DNA of 56,346 nt from assembly GCA_002699165.1 (NCBI GenBank), contig PABO01000008.1, positions 12,044 through 68,389 of the forward strand, given 5' to 3'. This DNA comes from Chloroflexota bacterium (GTDB lineage Bacteria; Chloroflexota; Dehalococcoidia; Lucifugimonadales; Lucifugimonadaceae). Position numbers and translations under genes: made by a program. Positions within the stretch are counted from its first letter, which is position 1, and every line of letters starts with the position of its first letter. The notes under the pieces were generated by a model that was not told where the DNA came from, did no database searches, and saw only the letters and a program-made list of their open reading frames with translations. Shown one piece after another: positions 1 through 9,240 of this stretch.

Positions 1-25
1 TTTAGATCCTTTACAAAAAACAAGT

Positions 26-979
26 TTGTTATCAAAGATTTTTGGGAATCAAAAAAAGTTGGATGATGCAAGAAAATCTTTTTTTTCATCTTATAAATTT
101 GAATCTAATATAAATCCTCTTAGATTAATCACTTTTTTACTTTTAATTTCAATATTTTTAGGATTTGGAATGTTTTTTATAGAAAGAAGCAATGAAAAAA
201 TTTACACAAACTGGAAATATCAAGGAATATCATCTGTTCCTCCTTCAAATATTTCAAATTTTGACCAAGTAATAGATTTTTCTAAAAAAGAAAATTTATC
301 TAATTGTGACTCTTTAGATCCTAAGCTTTTGCTTGAGGGAATATGTGATATACCATTGAAATATGTAGATGAGATGAATAGTACACAATCAAGATCTCAA
401 GTTTTATATATTTTTCAATTTTTATTAATGTTTATACTTTTTTTCCCTCTAGGAACTTTTTTTCATAGAGCATTAAGGAATATAAAAACTCTGAAATATG
501 AAACATCCATATCTCCTGAAAAGTCAATTGTATGGATTTATTTTGGAATTTTTTTGTATTTTTTGGCAGTTTTTGTATCAAAATTTATTTCAAAAGATTT
601 TAATATTTCTTTTGCAATTGTATTTTTATCTTTTATTTTTTTATCTTACAGGCTGTACAAAATTTTTATTGAAATTTATAAAGGTAGCCTCTTAGTTAAT
701 ACAGATAAATCATTTTCTATACTTACAAACAAGTTTAAGCTATGGTTCGTAAGTTATATTTCAATTATATTTTTCAATCCGTCTATTATTACGAGATTTT
801 GGGCTTATAATATTGGAAATGTAAACGATTTAGCAGATGCAACTAAACTAATGTACTATTCATCCGGAGTAATTATATTATTTTGTTTTTTTTCTGTAGT
901 TTTAGTAGCAGAAATTTATAAGTTACAAGAAATTAAGAATCTTAAATTTGGGTCTATAACTGTAGATCCTTTACAATAG
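26..979 (+). CDS. hypothetical multi-pass membrane protein (start uncertain; frame remains open to the left window edge)
   Basis: 317-aa ORF with TTG start in the track. Several long hydrophobic segments (LITFLLLISIFLGFGMFF, YIFQFLLMFILFFPLGTFF, VWIYFGIFLYFLAVFV, GVIILFCFFSVVLVAEIY). No family recognised by eye. Confidence 0.5.
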   Translation: MLSKIFGNQKKLDDARKSFFSSYKFESNINPLRLITFLLLISIFLGFGMFFIERSNEKIYTNWKYQGISSVPPSNISNFDQVIDFSKKENLSNCDSLDPKLLLEGICDIPLKYVDEMNSTQSRSQVLYIFQFLLMFILFFPLGTFFHRALRNIKTLKYETSISPEKSIVWIYFGIFLYFLAVFVSKFISKDFNISFAIVFLSFIFLSYRLYKIFIEIYKGSLLVNTDKSFSILTNKFKLWFVSYISIIFFNPSIITRFWAYNIGNVNDLADATKLMYYSSGVIILFCFFSVVLVAEIYKLQEIKNLKFGSITVDPLQ

Positions 980-994
980 TATTAGGAGAATATT

Positions 995-1579
995 ATGGAA
1001 AAATTTATTGAACATACGGGATTGGTAGCTCCATTAGATCGTGTAAATGTAGATACAGATCAAATTATACCTAAACAATTCCTAAAAAGAATTGAAAGGA
1101 CAGGATTTGGTGAATTTGCATTTTATGATTGGAGGTATTTAGAAGATGGAGTCCCTAATCCAGATTTTATACTAAACAATCCAAAATTTTCAGGGGCATC
1201 GATTCTAGTTGCTGGTCCAAATTTTGGTTCAGGTTCAAGTAGAGAACATGCGCCATGGGCTCTTTCTGAGTATGGATTTAAAGTAATTATTTCAAGCAGT
1301 TTTGCTGATATCTTTAGAAATAATTGTATGCAAAATGGGATTGTTACGGTTGTATTACCCACTGAAGAAATAGATGTAATTATGACAAACGCTTTACGTG
1401 TTCCAGGTTATAAAATGACTGTTAATTTAGAGAATCAAATACTAAAAGACAAGTTAGGATTCTCTTCTAAATTTGATTTTGATCCATTTAGAAAAGATTC
1501 AATCTTAAAAGGTTTAGATGATATTGGTATAACACTTCAAAATGAAGAAGATATATCTATATATGAGTCAAAAAAATAA
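995..1579 (+). CDS. leuD: 3-isopropylmalate dehydratase small subunit
   Basis: N-terminus MEKFIEHTGLVAPLDRVNVDTDQIIPKQFLK and GSGSSREHAPWAL are typical LeuD/aconitase swivel-domain motifs. AGGAG SD lies 6 nt upstream of the ATG. No leuC in the window. Confidence 0.9.
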   Translation: MEKFIEHTGLVAPLDRVNVDTDQIIPKQFLKRIERTGFGEFAFYDWRYLEDGVPNPDFILNNPKFSGASILVAGPNFGSGSSREHAPWALSEYGFKVIISSSFADIFRNNCMQNGIVTVVLPTEEIDVIMTNALRVPGYKMTVNLENQILKDKLGFSSKFDFDPFRKDSILKGLDDIGITLQNEEDISIYESKK

Positions 1580-1654
1580 AAAAATCTGATTAAATTCAAA
1601 ATTCATATAAATATTGATAGAATAGTATTTAGTGAAAAATTTTCTGGAGGAAAT

Positions 1655-2776
1655 ATGGAAGCAAGAGTTTGTGTTTTAGCTGGTGATGGAGTAGGTAAAG
1701 AAGTTACTACTGAATCTATGAAAGTTCTAGAAGCAATTTGTAGAAAATTCGATCATAACTTTGAATTTATTGATGCACTTGTTGGTGGAGCTGCTATTGA
1801 TAAATTTAATAATCCTCTTCCCCCAGAGTCAATGAATTTAGCGTTAGGTTCGGATGCAATACTTTTTGGAGCCGTTGGTGGCCCAAAATGGGATAATCCT
1901 AGTGCCGATGTAAGACCAGAAGATGCAATTTTAGCTTTACGAAAAAGGCTAGGTCTATATGCTAATATGAGGCCTGTTAAAGTATATCCAGAGCTTCTTC
2001 ATTCAAGCCCCTTAAAACCTGAATACCTTAAAGATGTTGATTTTGTTATTGTTAGAGAATTGACAGGTGGTCTATATTTTGGAAGACCTAAAAGACGAAG
2101 TGCAAGTACTAGAGGGAGAAGAGCTGTAGATACATTAGCTTATTCTGAGAAGGAAATTGCAAGAGTAGTTAGAGTTGCTTTTGAACTAGCGAAATCAAGA
2201 AGAAATAGACTTCATTCTCTTGATAAAATGAACGTTTTAGAAACGGGTAGACTATGGAGAGAAATTGCCAATGAAGTTTCAAGAGATTATCCTGAAGTAG
2301 AATTGATTCATATGTTAGCAGATAATGCAGCAATGAAAATAATTACAAGTCCTTCAGAATTTGATGTAATAGTCGCAGAAAATAGTATAGGTGATATTCT
2401 TTCTGACGAGGCATCAGTAATTACAGGATCTATGGGTATGCTACCATCTGCGAGCCTTGCTTCATCACCTCCTCCTCCAGGAAAGAGAAGAGGTAGAAGA
2501 GGTAGACCAGCTTTGTATGAACCAATTCATGGATCTGCACCTGATATTGCTGGACATAATGTTGCTAACCCTGTAGCTTCATTCTTATCTGCTGCTTTAA
2601 TGTTAAGATGGTCTTTTGGCCTTCATGAAGAAGCTGATGAAATAGAATTGGCAATTAATAAAATAATTACAGAAGGATATAGGACCGTTGATATAGCAGG
2701 TGAGGGCGATCACAAACTATCTACTAGTCAAATGGGTGATTTAGTAGCAGGAATTATTACTAGCGGTCCCAAGTAA
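1655..2776 (+). CDS. leuB: 3-isopropylmalate dehydrogenase
   Basis: VLAGDGVGKEV, LLFGAVGGPKWD, NMRPVK, IVRELTGGLYFG, MLPSASL...LYEPIHGSAPDIAG signatures. GGAGG SD present. Carries Arg-rich loop variants (see findings). Confidence 0.92.
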   Translation: MEARVCVLAGDGVGKEVTTESMKVLEAICRKFDHNFEFIDALVGGAAIDKFNNPLPPESMNLALGSDAILFGAVGGPKWDNPSADVRPEDAILALRKRLGLYANMRPVKVYPELLHSSPLKPEYLKDVDFVIVRELTGGLYFGRPKRRSASTRGRRAVDTLAYSEKEIARVVRVAFELAKSRRNRLHSLDKMNVLETGRLWREIANEVSRDYPEVELIHMLADNAAMKIITSPSEFDVIVAENSIGDILSDEASVITGSMGMLPSASLASSPPPPGKRRGRRGRPALYEPIHGSAPDIAGHNVANPVASFLSAALMLRWSFGLHEEADEIELAINKIITEGYRTVDIAGEGDHKLSTSQMGDLVAGIITSGPK

Positions 2777-2780
2777 ATTT

Positions 2781-5108
2781 ATGTTAGATCCAAAAAATTT
2801 TTTACCTGATTTAAATTCTGATTACAAGTCGAATGATTTAAATGAGAACGTAGAAATTTATAGAGATAATTGGGGAATTCCGCATATCTCAGCAAAAAAT
2901 GAAAGTGACTTGTTTTTTGCACAAGGATTCACTATTGCTCAAGATAGATTGTTTCAGATGGATCTAGATAGGTTAAGATGCCTTGGAAGATCTTCAGAAT
3001 ATTTGGGGAAAAAGGCAATATCTAATGATAAATTAAACTTAAAGCGTAACTTTGAAAAAGTAGCTAAATCAGACTTAAATAATGCTTCCAAAGAAGCAAA
3101 GAATATGATTAAAAATTTTACCAAAGGTATAAATTTTTTTCTTGATAAAACTTCAGTTTTGCCCTTAGAATATAATCTTTTAGAAACTGTTCCGGAATCT
3201 TGGGAAGATTGGCATTCTGTTTTGGTATATAAAATTAGAAATGCTGCAGAAGGTTCTTTTAATGGAAAGCTTTTTTATTCTCAATTGTCAAATGAAATAG
3301 GTCCTCAAAAAGCAGCAAAATTAATTCCAGGATATTTTCCTGGAGCATTGTTAACTTTGCCTCCAGGAGCTAATTATTCAGGTCAGGTGAAAAATGCTAT
3401 TGATGAATTATCCGAGGCTGCTGAAAACTTTAAATCTATTGGGGCAATAGACGGTGAATCTAACGGTTGGTCAATATCTGGAGAAAAAACTCATTCAGGA
3501 TTTCCTTTAATAGGAGGCGATTCTCATAGAACCTTAGATACTCCTAACGTTTATTATCAAATACACTTAAAATGTGACACTTTTGAAGGTATGGGTCATA
3601 CTATCCCTGGATATCCAGGATTCATGCATTTTTCTCATAATAAATATATTGGTTGGGGAATGACTCATGGTGGAGCTGATACTCAAGATATTTTTGTTGA
3701 AAGATTAAGAATTTCAAATGATAAAATTCAACAATTTTATGAAAATAAATGGATTAACACTGAACATTTTGTAAAAGAAATTTCTCCAAGAAATGAATCA
3801 AAAATTTCGATAAATGTTGTTAAGACAAAAAATGGAAATGTGATTTTTGGAGATCCTAGTGATGAGTATGTACTTTCACTTTCTGATCCGGGAGGATTAG
3901 ATGAAGGAACTTATTGGATTGATTCTGCCTATGAAGCTATGAAATCTAAAACAGCTGACGATTTAGAAAATGCTTTTGATAAATGGACCGATCGAACAAA
4001 TAATTATCCATATGCAGATGTGGAAAAAAACTTTGGATATAAATTTGCTGGTGCAGTTCCTGTTAGAGATAAACAACATGAATGGGGTATCGCAAAAGGA
4101 TGGGAAAAGAAATACGAAGTAAATAAAGAAATTCCTAGAGATGAATTACCTAAATCAAGAAATCCTAAAGAAGGATGGGTAGTGACTTGTAATCAACAAG
4201 TAGTTGATCATGATTATCCATATTTTATGTCTATTGCATTTGCTCCTGAATATAGAGCTAAAGTTTTGGCAAATTATATTAAAGAAAATCCAAAGAATCT
4301 AAAAATAGAAAATATGCTTGAAATGCACAATCAAAAGATTTCTATTCCAGCTGAAAAAATATTATCTTTTTGTAAAAATATAAATTTATCTGAAACTAAT
4401 TTATCTAAACTTGAGTCTAAGGCCTTAAATGTTCTTTATAACTGGGATTTCTTGATGGATAGAGAGAGTCCAGCAGCTTCAATATATACGGTAACAAAGG
4501 AAAAAATTATTGAACAAATAATAAAACTTAACTATGCAAATCTCGCAGAAGAAACTATACAGTGGAAAAATGCAGGAGCAGTTTCTCACGTTAGAAGATT
4601 TTTAGTCCCACTAATAAATGAAAATATTGGTGATAACAAGAGTTTCTTATTGAGTAATGATAAAAAGTGGGAGAAAATATTTGAAGAATCTTTTAAGTTA
4701 GCTATAGCTGATTTGAAATCAAAATTTGGAGATAATATTGATGATTGGGAGTGGGGTAATCTTCATAAAACTAACCACCAACATCCATTAAGTTCTATTT
4801 TCGAAAATTATTCTAAAATTTTAAACCCTAAACGAGCCCCTGCTAGTGGAGATGGAGATACTCCCTTAGCTGGATCATATGATAATAATTATAATGTTAC
4901 TGCTGCATCAGTGAATCGCTATGCACATGATCCCAGTAACTGGAAAAATAGTAGATGGATTGTTCCATTAGGATCATCAGGGAATCCAGGATCTGAAAAC
5001 TATTATGATCAATTAGATCTTTGGGCAAATGGAGAAACCATACCTCAAATATGGGATTGGGACGAAATACTTGAAAATTGTAATTTGCAAAGTATTTTAA
5101 AAATTTAA
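2781..5108 (+). CDS. penicillin acylase / acyl-homoserine-lactone acylase family Ntn-hydrolase, no signal peptide
   Basis: YRDNWGIPHI...AQGFTIAQDRLFQMDLDR alpha-subunit start motif. GESNGWSISG contains the expected Ser-Asn nucleophile of the beta chain. 775 aa is typical family length. Confidence 0.85.
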   Translation: MLDPKNFLPDLNSDYKSNDLNENVEIYRDNWGIPHISAKNESDLFFAQGFTIAQDRLFQMDLDRLRCLGRSSEYLGKKAISNDKLNLKRNFEKVAKSDLNNASKEAKNMIKNFTKGINFFLDKTSVLPLEYNLLETVPESWEDWHSVLVYKIRNAAEGSFNGKLFYSQLSNEIGPQKAAKLIPGYFPGALLTLPPGANYSGQVKNAIDELSEAAENFKSIGAIDGESNGWSISGEKTHSGFPLIGGDSHRTLDTPNVYYQIHLKCDTFEGMGHTIPGYPGFMHFSHNKYIGWGMTHGGADTQDIFVERLRISNDKIQQFYENKWINTEHFVKEISPRNESKISINVVKTKNGNVIFGDPSDEYVLSLSDPGGLDEGTYWIDSAYEAMKSKTADDLENAFDKWTDRTNNYPYADVEKNFGYKFAGAVPVRDKQHEWGIAKGWEKKYEVNKEIPRDELPKSRNPKEGWVVTCNQQVVDHDYPYFMSIAFAPEYRAKVLANYIKENPKNLKIENMLEMHNQKISIPAEKILSFCKNINLSETNLSKLESKALNVLYNWDFLMDRESPAASIYTVTKEKIIEQIIKLNYANLAEETIQWKNAGAVSHVRRFLVPLINENIGDNKSFLLSNDKKWEKIFEESFKLAIADLKSKFGDNIDDWEWGNLHKTNHQHPLSSIFENYSKILNPKRAPASGDGDTPLAGSYDNNYNVTAASVNRYAHDPSNWKNSRWIVPLGSSGNPGSENYYDQLDLWANGETIPQIWDWDEILENCNLQSILKI

Positions 5109-6280
5109 GTTAAGTTTCCAAAATTTCTTTTATTGCTTGTTTCATTAAAAGTTAATTCGTTCTCTAAAATTTCTGTTCCCAATCCAGGTAAATTTTTTAT
5201 CTCAATAAAGCTATCTTCTACTATAGGATGATTTTTTGTGATTTTTTGTGAAAATTCTTCAACATGTACCATATATTCATAGATTATAAAATTATTGATT
5301 ACAGATGAAACTTGAATTGCCGCTGATGCACCAATTCCAGTAGAGTTCCATCCATGTGGAGAAACTCCAATTGAAAATGTTTCAGCCATAGAGGAAATAT
5401 TAATTAGTTCTAGTATTCCTCCAGTATTACAAATATCAGGATTTATAATATCAGCAGCTCTTTTTTGAAATACATCTCTAAACATATTTCTTGAATATAA
5501 AGCTTCTCCAGTAACTATTGGAATATGAGTAATGTCTTTAACTTCTTTTATGCTGTCAATATTTTCTGAAATACAAGGCTCTTCAATCCAAAAAGGTCTA
5601 TATTTTTCAATTTCTTTTGTAAAAATTTGAGCTTTAGAAACAGCTAATCTCCTATGAACTTCTATTAATATATCTACATTTGGGCCAACTGATTCTCTAA
5701 CTACGCCGACTCTTTTTGCAGCTTCAAACAGAATTTCATTTTCTGGCCAGTCTTCCCAAGGACCTGTAAAAGGATCAAACTTTAATGCCTTAAAACCTCT
5801 TTTGTTCACCATTTCTAGAGCATTTTTAGATAGTTCTTCCTCTTCTAAGCTCGTGGCCCACCCATTAGCATAAACTTTAATCCTTTCTCTGATTTTTCCG
5901 CCAAGTAAATTAAATACAGGCTGTTCATAATACTTACCTAAAATATCCCACATGGCTATTTCTATACCACTTACTGCACACCAAAAATCCATGGAAGGCC
6001 TTTTATTTGCAAAATCTCTCTCTGCTCCTAAGATAAAGTTTCTTATGTTCATAGGATTATAATTAATAACATATTTTTTTAGTTTTTCTACATGTGAAGT
6101 AATTTGAGTATCTCTGTCAGTTTGTGAGTAACATTCTCCCCATCCTGTAATTCCAATATCAGTTTCTAGTTTTATAAAGATAAGGTTTTTACCAAAATAT
6201 TTAATTGATTCTGAAAAACTATCATCTAGGTCGTTTTTCCCTGGATTAGCAATAAATACTTCTAAATTAATTATTTTCAT
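5105..6280 (-). CDS. enolase-superfamily enzyme (mandelate racemase/muconate lactonizing family, acid-sugar dehydratase-like)
   Basis: MKIINLEVF...GITGWGEC capping-domain start. KFDPF..., IEVHRRL, WIEEP, TGE barrel motifs consistent with the metal ligands of the MR/galactonate dehydratase subgroup. Confidence 0.8.
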   Translation of the reverse strand: MKIINLEVFIANPGKNDLDDSFSESIKYFGKNLIFIKLETDIGITGWGECYSQTDRDTQITSHVEKLKKYVINYNPMNIRNFILGAERDFANKRPSMDFWCAVSGIEIAMWDILGKYYEQPVFNLLGGKIRERIKVYANGWATSLEEEELSKNALEMVNKRGFKALKFDPFTGPWEDWPENEILFEAAKRVGVVRESVGPNVDILIEVHRRLAVSKAQIFTKEIEKYRPFWIEEPCISENIDSIKEVKDITHIPIVTGEALYSRNMFRDVFQKRAADIINPDICNTGGILELINISSMAETFSIGVSPHGWNSTGIGASAAIQVSSVINNFIIYEYMVHVEEFSQKITKNHPIVEDSFIEIKNLPGLGTEILENELTFNETSNKRNFGNLT

Positions 6281-6292
6281 TTTCTTAATCTC

Positions 6293-7054
6293 CTACTTAA
6301 ATTGAACTTCTACTTTTCCTATTTTCTCTAAATCTATTTTTATTGTGTCATTTTGATTTACCCAATATGTTTGAACTATTGATCCCAAAGAAATTAAGTC
6401 TCCTGCCTTTGGAACATTATTATCTTTAAAATTGAATTCTAAAAACCATCTTAATGCATTTAAAGGGTCTTGAAGGATATCGGATCCTTTACCTTCTCCC
6501 AATTTTGAATTATTACAAGACATAAAACCTCTAATATTACTTAAATCTTTTATGTCATTTATGTTTATACCTTCGCCATAAACTATGGATGATGCAAAAA
6601 AATCATCTGCTATTAGAATTGCAGTTTTTTCTTTTTTATAATCAGGCCATCGGTCATCAACTATTTCGATTGATGGGACTATTTTTTCTATTATTTTCTC
6701 TAATGGTTTTTTTGTATTAATATCAAATTCTTTAGATAGAATAACTCCTATTTCACATTCTACTCCAGGTCTTATAAAGTTCATAAAATCTACTTTAGAA
6801 TCTCCTTTGAGTATATTTTTTTTCATTACTCTTCCCAAGCATGGAGAAGGTATTTTTAGATATTTTTGCATCACCTTAGTTGTACAACCAATTTTCCAAC
6901 CTGTAAATTCCTCAGATTTTGAATAGTGATTATAAATCTCATTTTGAATTTCATAACCATCAGAAATGCTTAAACCAGTTTTTTTTATTTTAGGGATATC
7001 AATTTTTTGCTTATTTTCCCTAAAATTGATAATGTTTTTAGAAATATTGTTCAT
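6293..7054 (-). CDS. 2-keto-4-pentenoate hydratase / MhpD-HpcG-like hydratase-decarboxylase (FAH superfamily)
   Basis: 253 aa. GYEIQNE...TGWKIGCTT...P.LGRV...ECEIGVIL...IEIVDDRW pattern matches the MhpD/COG3971 layout. 12-nt gap to the enolase-family gene downstream. Confidence 0.68.
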   Translation of the reverse strand: MNNISKNIINFRENKQKIDIPKIKKTGLSISDGYEIQNEIYNHYSKSEEFTGWKIGCTTKVMQKYLKIPSPCLGRVMKKNILKGDSKVDFMNFIRPGVECEIGVILSKEFDINTKKPLEKIIEKIVPSIEIVDDRWPDYKKEKTAILIADDFFASSIVYGEGININDIKDLSNIRGFMSCNNSKLGEGKGSDILQDPLNALRWFLEFNFKDNNVPKAGDLISLGSIVQTYWVNQNDTIKIDLEKIGKVEVQFK

Positions 7055-7078
7055 AAAAAAATAATTTATACTGTAATT

Positions 7079-7528
7079 ATGAAAATAATAATACCTAGAC
7101 TAATAATTTCAAAGTTAATTGAACACTCATTAATTGAAGATCCTAATGAATGTTGTGGATATCTAATGGGTTCCAATAACAAAGTAAGCCATATATTTAA
7201 TTGTAGAAATATTCATCAATCTCCAGTAACAAGATATGCTTTAGATCCATTAGACCAAATGAAAGCAGAAAAATATGCAGATGATAATAACTTAGATATT
7301 TTAGGAATTTACCATTCTCATACTTTATCGCAGGCATATCCGTCTCCAACCGATGTTTCTAATGCAGTTGAATCAGGCTGGATAGATCCTGCTTATATAC
7401 TGATTTCTCTAGTTGAAAAAACCAGACCAATTATAAGAGCATTTAAGATTACTCAAGATAAAAAAGTTGAAGAAATGATTATTGAACACGATGGACAGGC
7501 TTATATTAGCCCTACTGAGAATTCTTAA
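7079..7528 (+). CDS. JAMM/MPN+ (Mov34) zinc metalloprotease
   Basis: ECCGYLMG plus HSHTLSQAYPSPTD (E...HxHx7Sx2D JAMM motif). The track ORF starts at 7007 but that extension overlaps the divergent gene. ATG at 7079 gives a typical 149-aa protein. Confidence 0.8.
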   Translation: MKIIIPRLIISKLIEHSLIEDPNECCGYLMGSNNKVSHIFNCRNIHQSPVTRYALDPLDQMKAEKYADDNNLDILGIYHSHTLSQAYPSPTDVSNAVESGWIDPAYILISLVEKTRPIIRAFKITQDKKVEEMIIEHDGQAYISPTENS

Positions 7529-9134
7529 TCAAAAACCACTCAATAGAATCTGATAAAGCTAACCAACTAGCTTCAATAATATTTGAAGAAGCACCTACTG
7601 TTGTCCATACATCTTTTTCATCAGAAGATTCTATAATTACTCTTACAACGGCACCTGTACCAGTACCTTCTTCAACTACTCTAACTATATAATCTGTAAG
7701 CCTAATTTTATTAATTTCAGGAAAAGTATCTATTAAGCCTTTTCTAGTAGCTTTATCTAAAGCATCAACAGGTCCATTCCCTTCAGCGGCAGTATGAACA
7801 CTCTTTCCTTTAGTTCTTAATTTAATTGTTGCTTCAGAAAGCATAGGGTGCTCTTGATCATTTTGTCTCCAACCCGTTCCCATAGAACCTCTTCTTTTGT
7901 TTTCTATAATTACCATAAAATCTACTAATTCAAATTTTGGTTCATAATTAGGTAAGTACTTATAAATAAGTAAATCTAATGAAGAGCCTGCTAGTTCAAA
8001 TGCATATCCTTTAGATTCTTTATCTTTAATGACTTTTATTATTTTTTCGGCATCTTTATTATCTAGAATTTTTTCTAGTCCTAAATTTTTTATTCTAGTC
8101 ATAACGCTTTTTTTGCCAGACAATTCAGATATAGAAATTGATGATTCATTGCCTACATCTGTTGGTTCAATGTGTTGAAATGACTTTGGATCAATTAGAA
8201 AACCTGCAGCATGCATTCCTCCTTTATGGGTAAAGGCATTTTTACCAACAAATGGTTGGAAGGGAAAAGGTCTTTTGTTAGCTACCTCAGATACAAAATT
8301 TGATACATTAGTCAACTGACTTATATTTTTATCAGTTACAAGAGTTTTTTTATTCATTTTCAAGTTTAGATTTGCAATGACACTTATTAAGTTAGCATTT
8401 CCTGTTCTTTCTCCATATCCATTAATGCATCCTTGTACTTGAAAAATACCAGCCTCTACTGCAGATAATGTAGACGCTACAGCTGTATCAGTATCATTAT
8501 GCGTGTGTATTCCAAATAAATCATCTTGCTTAAATTCATTTAAAACCACTTTAGTAATTTCATAAATTTCACTTGGTAGTGTTCCTCCGTTTGTATCACA
8601 TAAAATTATTCTTTTAGCGCCTGCATTTATTGCAGTTTTTATAGATAAAAGAGAGTAGTCAGGATTTTCTTTATAGCCATCAAAAAAATGTTCAGCATCA
8701 AAAAACACTTCTTTATTTTTACTTCTTAGATACTCAATTGAATCAGCTATCATATTGATATTTTCTTCTAATGAGGTCTTAATAATTTTTTCTGTTTGAT
8801 ATGCACTAGCTTTTCCTACAATCGTTACAAAATCAGTCTCTGCAGACAGAAGAGCCTTTATGAAAGGATCTTCTTTAACATTTGAATTTGGTTTTCTTGT
8901 TTGACCGAAAGAAACGATTTTAGAGTGCTTTAATTCTAAATTTTTTATTCGCTTAAAATATTCTTCATCTTTTGGATTTGAACCTGCAAATCCTCCTTCA
9001 ATAAAATCTACACCTAATTCATCTAATTTTTTAGTTATTAGTATTTTTTCTTCCAAAGATAGGTTTATCCCACTCTGCTGAGTTCCATCTCTCAAAGTAG
9101 TGTCATAAATTTCAATTTTTTGTGATTTATTCAT
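7512..9134 (-). CDS. cimA: citramalate synthase (LeuA/CimA family with C-terminal LeuA-dimer regulatory domain)
   Basis: IEIYDTTLRDGTQ start, HTHNDTDTAVA, and 540-aa length typical of CimA-type rather than long LeuA. The CimA versus LeuA call is by length and layout only. Confidence 0.78.
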   Translation of the reverse strand: MNKSQKIEIYDTTLRDGTQQSGINLSLEEKILITKKLDELGVDFIEGGFAGSNPKDEEYFKRIKNLELKHSKIVSFGQTRKPNSNVKEDPFIKALLSAETDFVTIVGKASAYQTEKIIKTSLEENINMIADSIEYLRSKNKEVFFDAEHFFDGYKENPDYSLLSIKTAINAGAKRIILCDTNGGTLPSEIYEITKVVLNEFKQDDLFGIHTHNDTDTAVASTLSAVEAGIFQVQGCINGYGERTGNANLISVIANLNLKMNKKTLVTDKNISQLTNVSNFVSEVANKRPFPFQPFVGKNAFTHKGGMHAAGFLIDPKSFQHIEPTDVGNESSISISELSGKKSVMTRIKNLGLEKILDNKDAEKIIKVIKDKESKGYAFELAGSSLDLLIYKYLPNYEPKFELVDFMVIIENKRRGSMGTGWRQNDQEHPMLSEATIKLRTKGKSVHTAAEGNGPVDALDKATRKGLIDTFPEINKIRLTDYIVRVVEEGTGTGAVVRVIIESSDEKDVWTTVGASSNIIEASWLALSDSIEWFLIKNSQ

Positions 9135-9240
9135 ATAGAGCTAAAGTTTTTTTTTTCTAACAGTTCTAATATATCTATTATTAGGTGAATAATCTAATAT
9201 AAATCAGTTAAAATAAAATAATAAAACCTTAGAAAATATT

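Noticed and set aside
3-976. 14-bp exact repeat tagatcctttacaa at 3-16 and 963-976, both in the same reading frame (L/V-DPLQ). This hints at tandem paralogous membrane-protein genes or a 960-bp duplication unit.
   Set aside because: A handful of 14-mers repeated by chance is expected in 56 kb of AT-rich DNA. The left copy sits at the window edge, so the hypothesis cannot be evaluated here. No other similarity between the flanks was seen.
995-1579. leuD without an adjacent leuC as a sign of pathway decay.
   Set aside because: leuC may lie outside the window or elsewhere. leuD, leuB and cimA all look intact.
7007-7078. Longer start for the JAMM protease (track 7007), and likewise 42723-42773 for the PxpA-like gene.
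   Set aside because: The extensions overlap the neighbouring gene and add non-homologous residues. Internal ATGs (7079, 42774) give family-typical N-termini.
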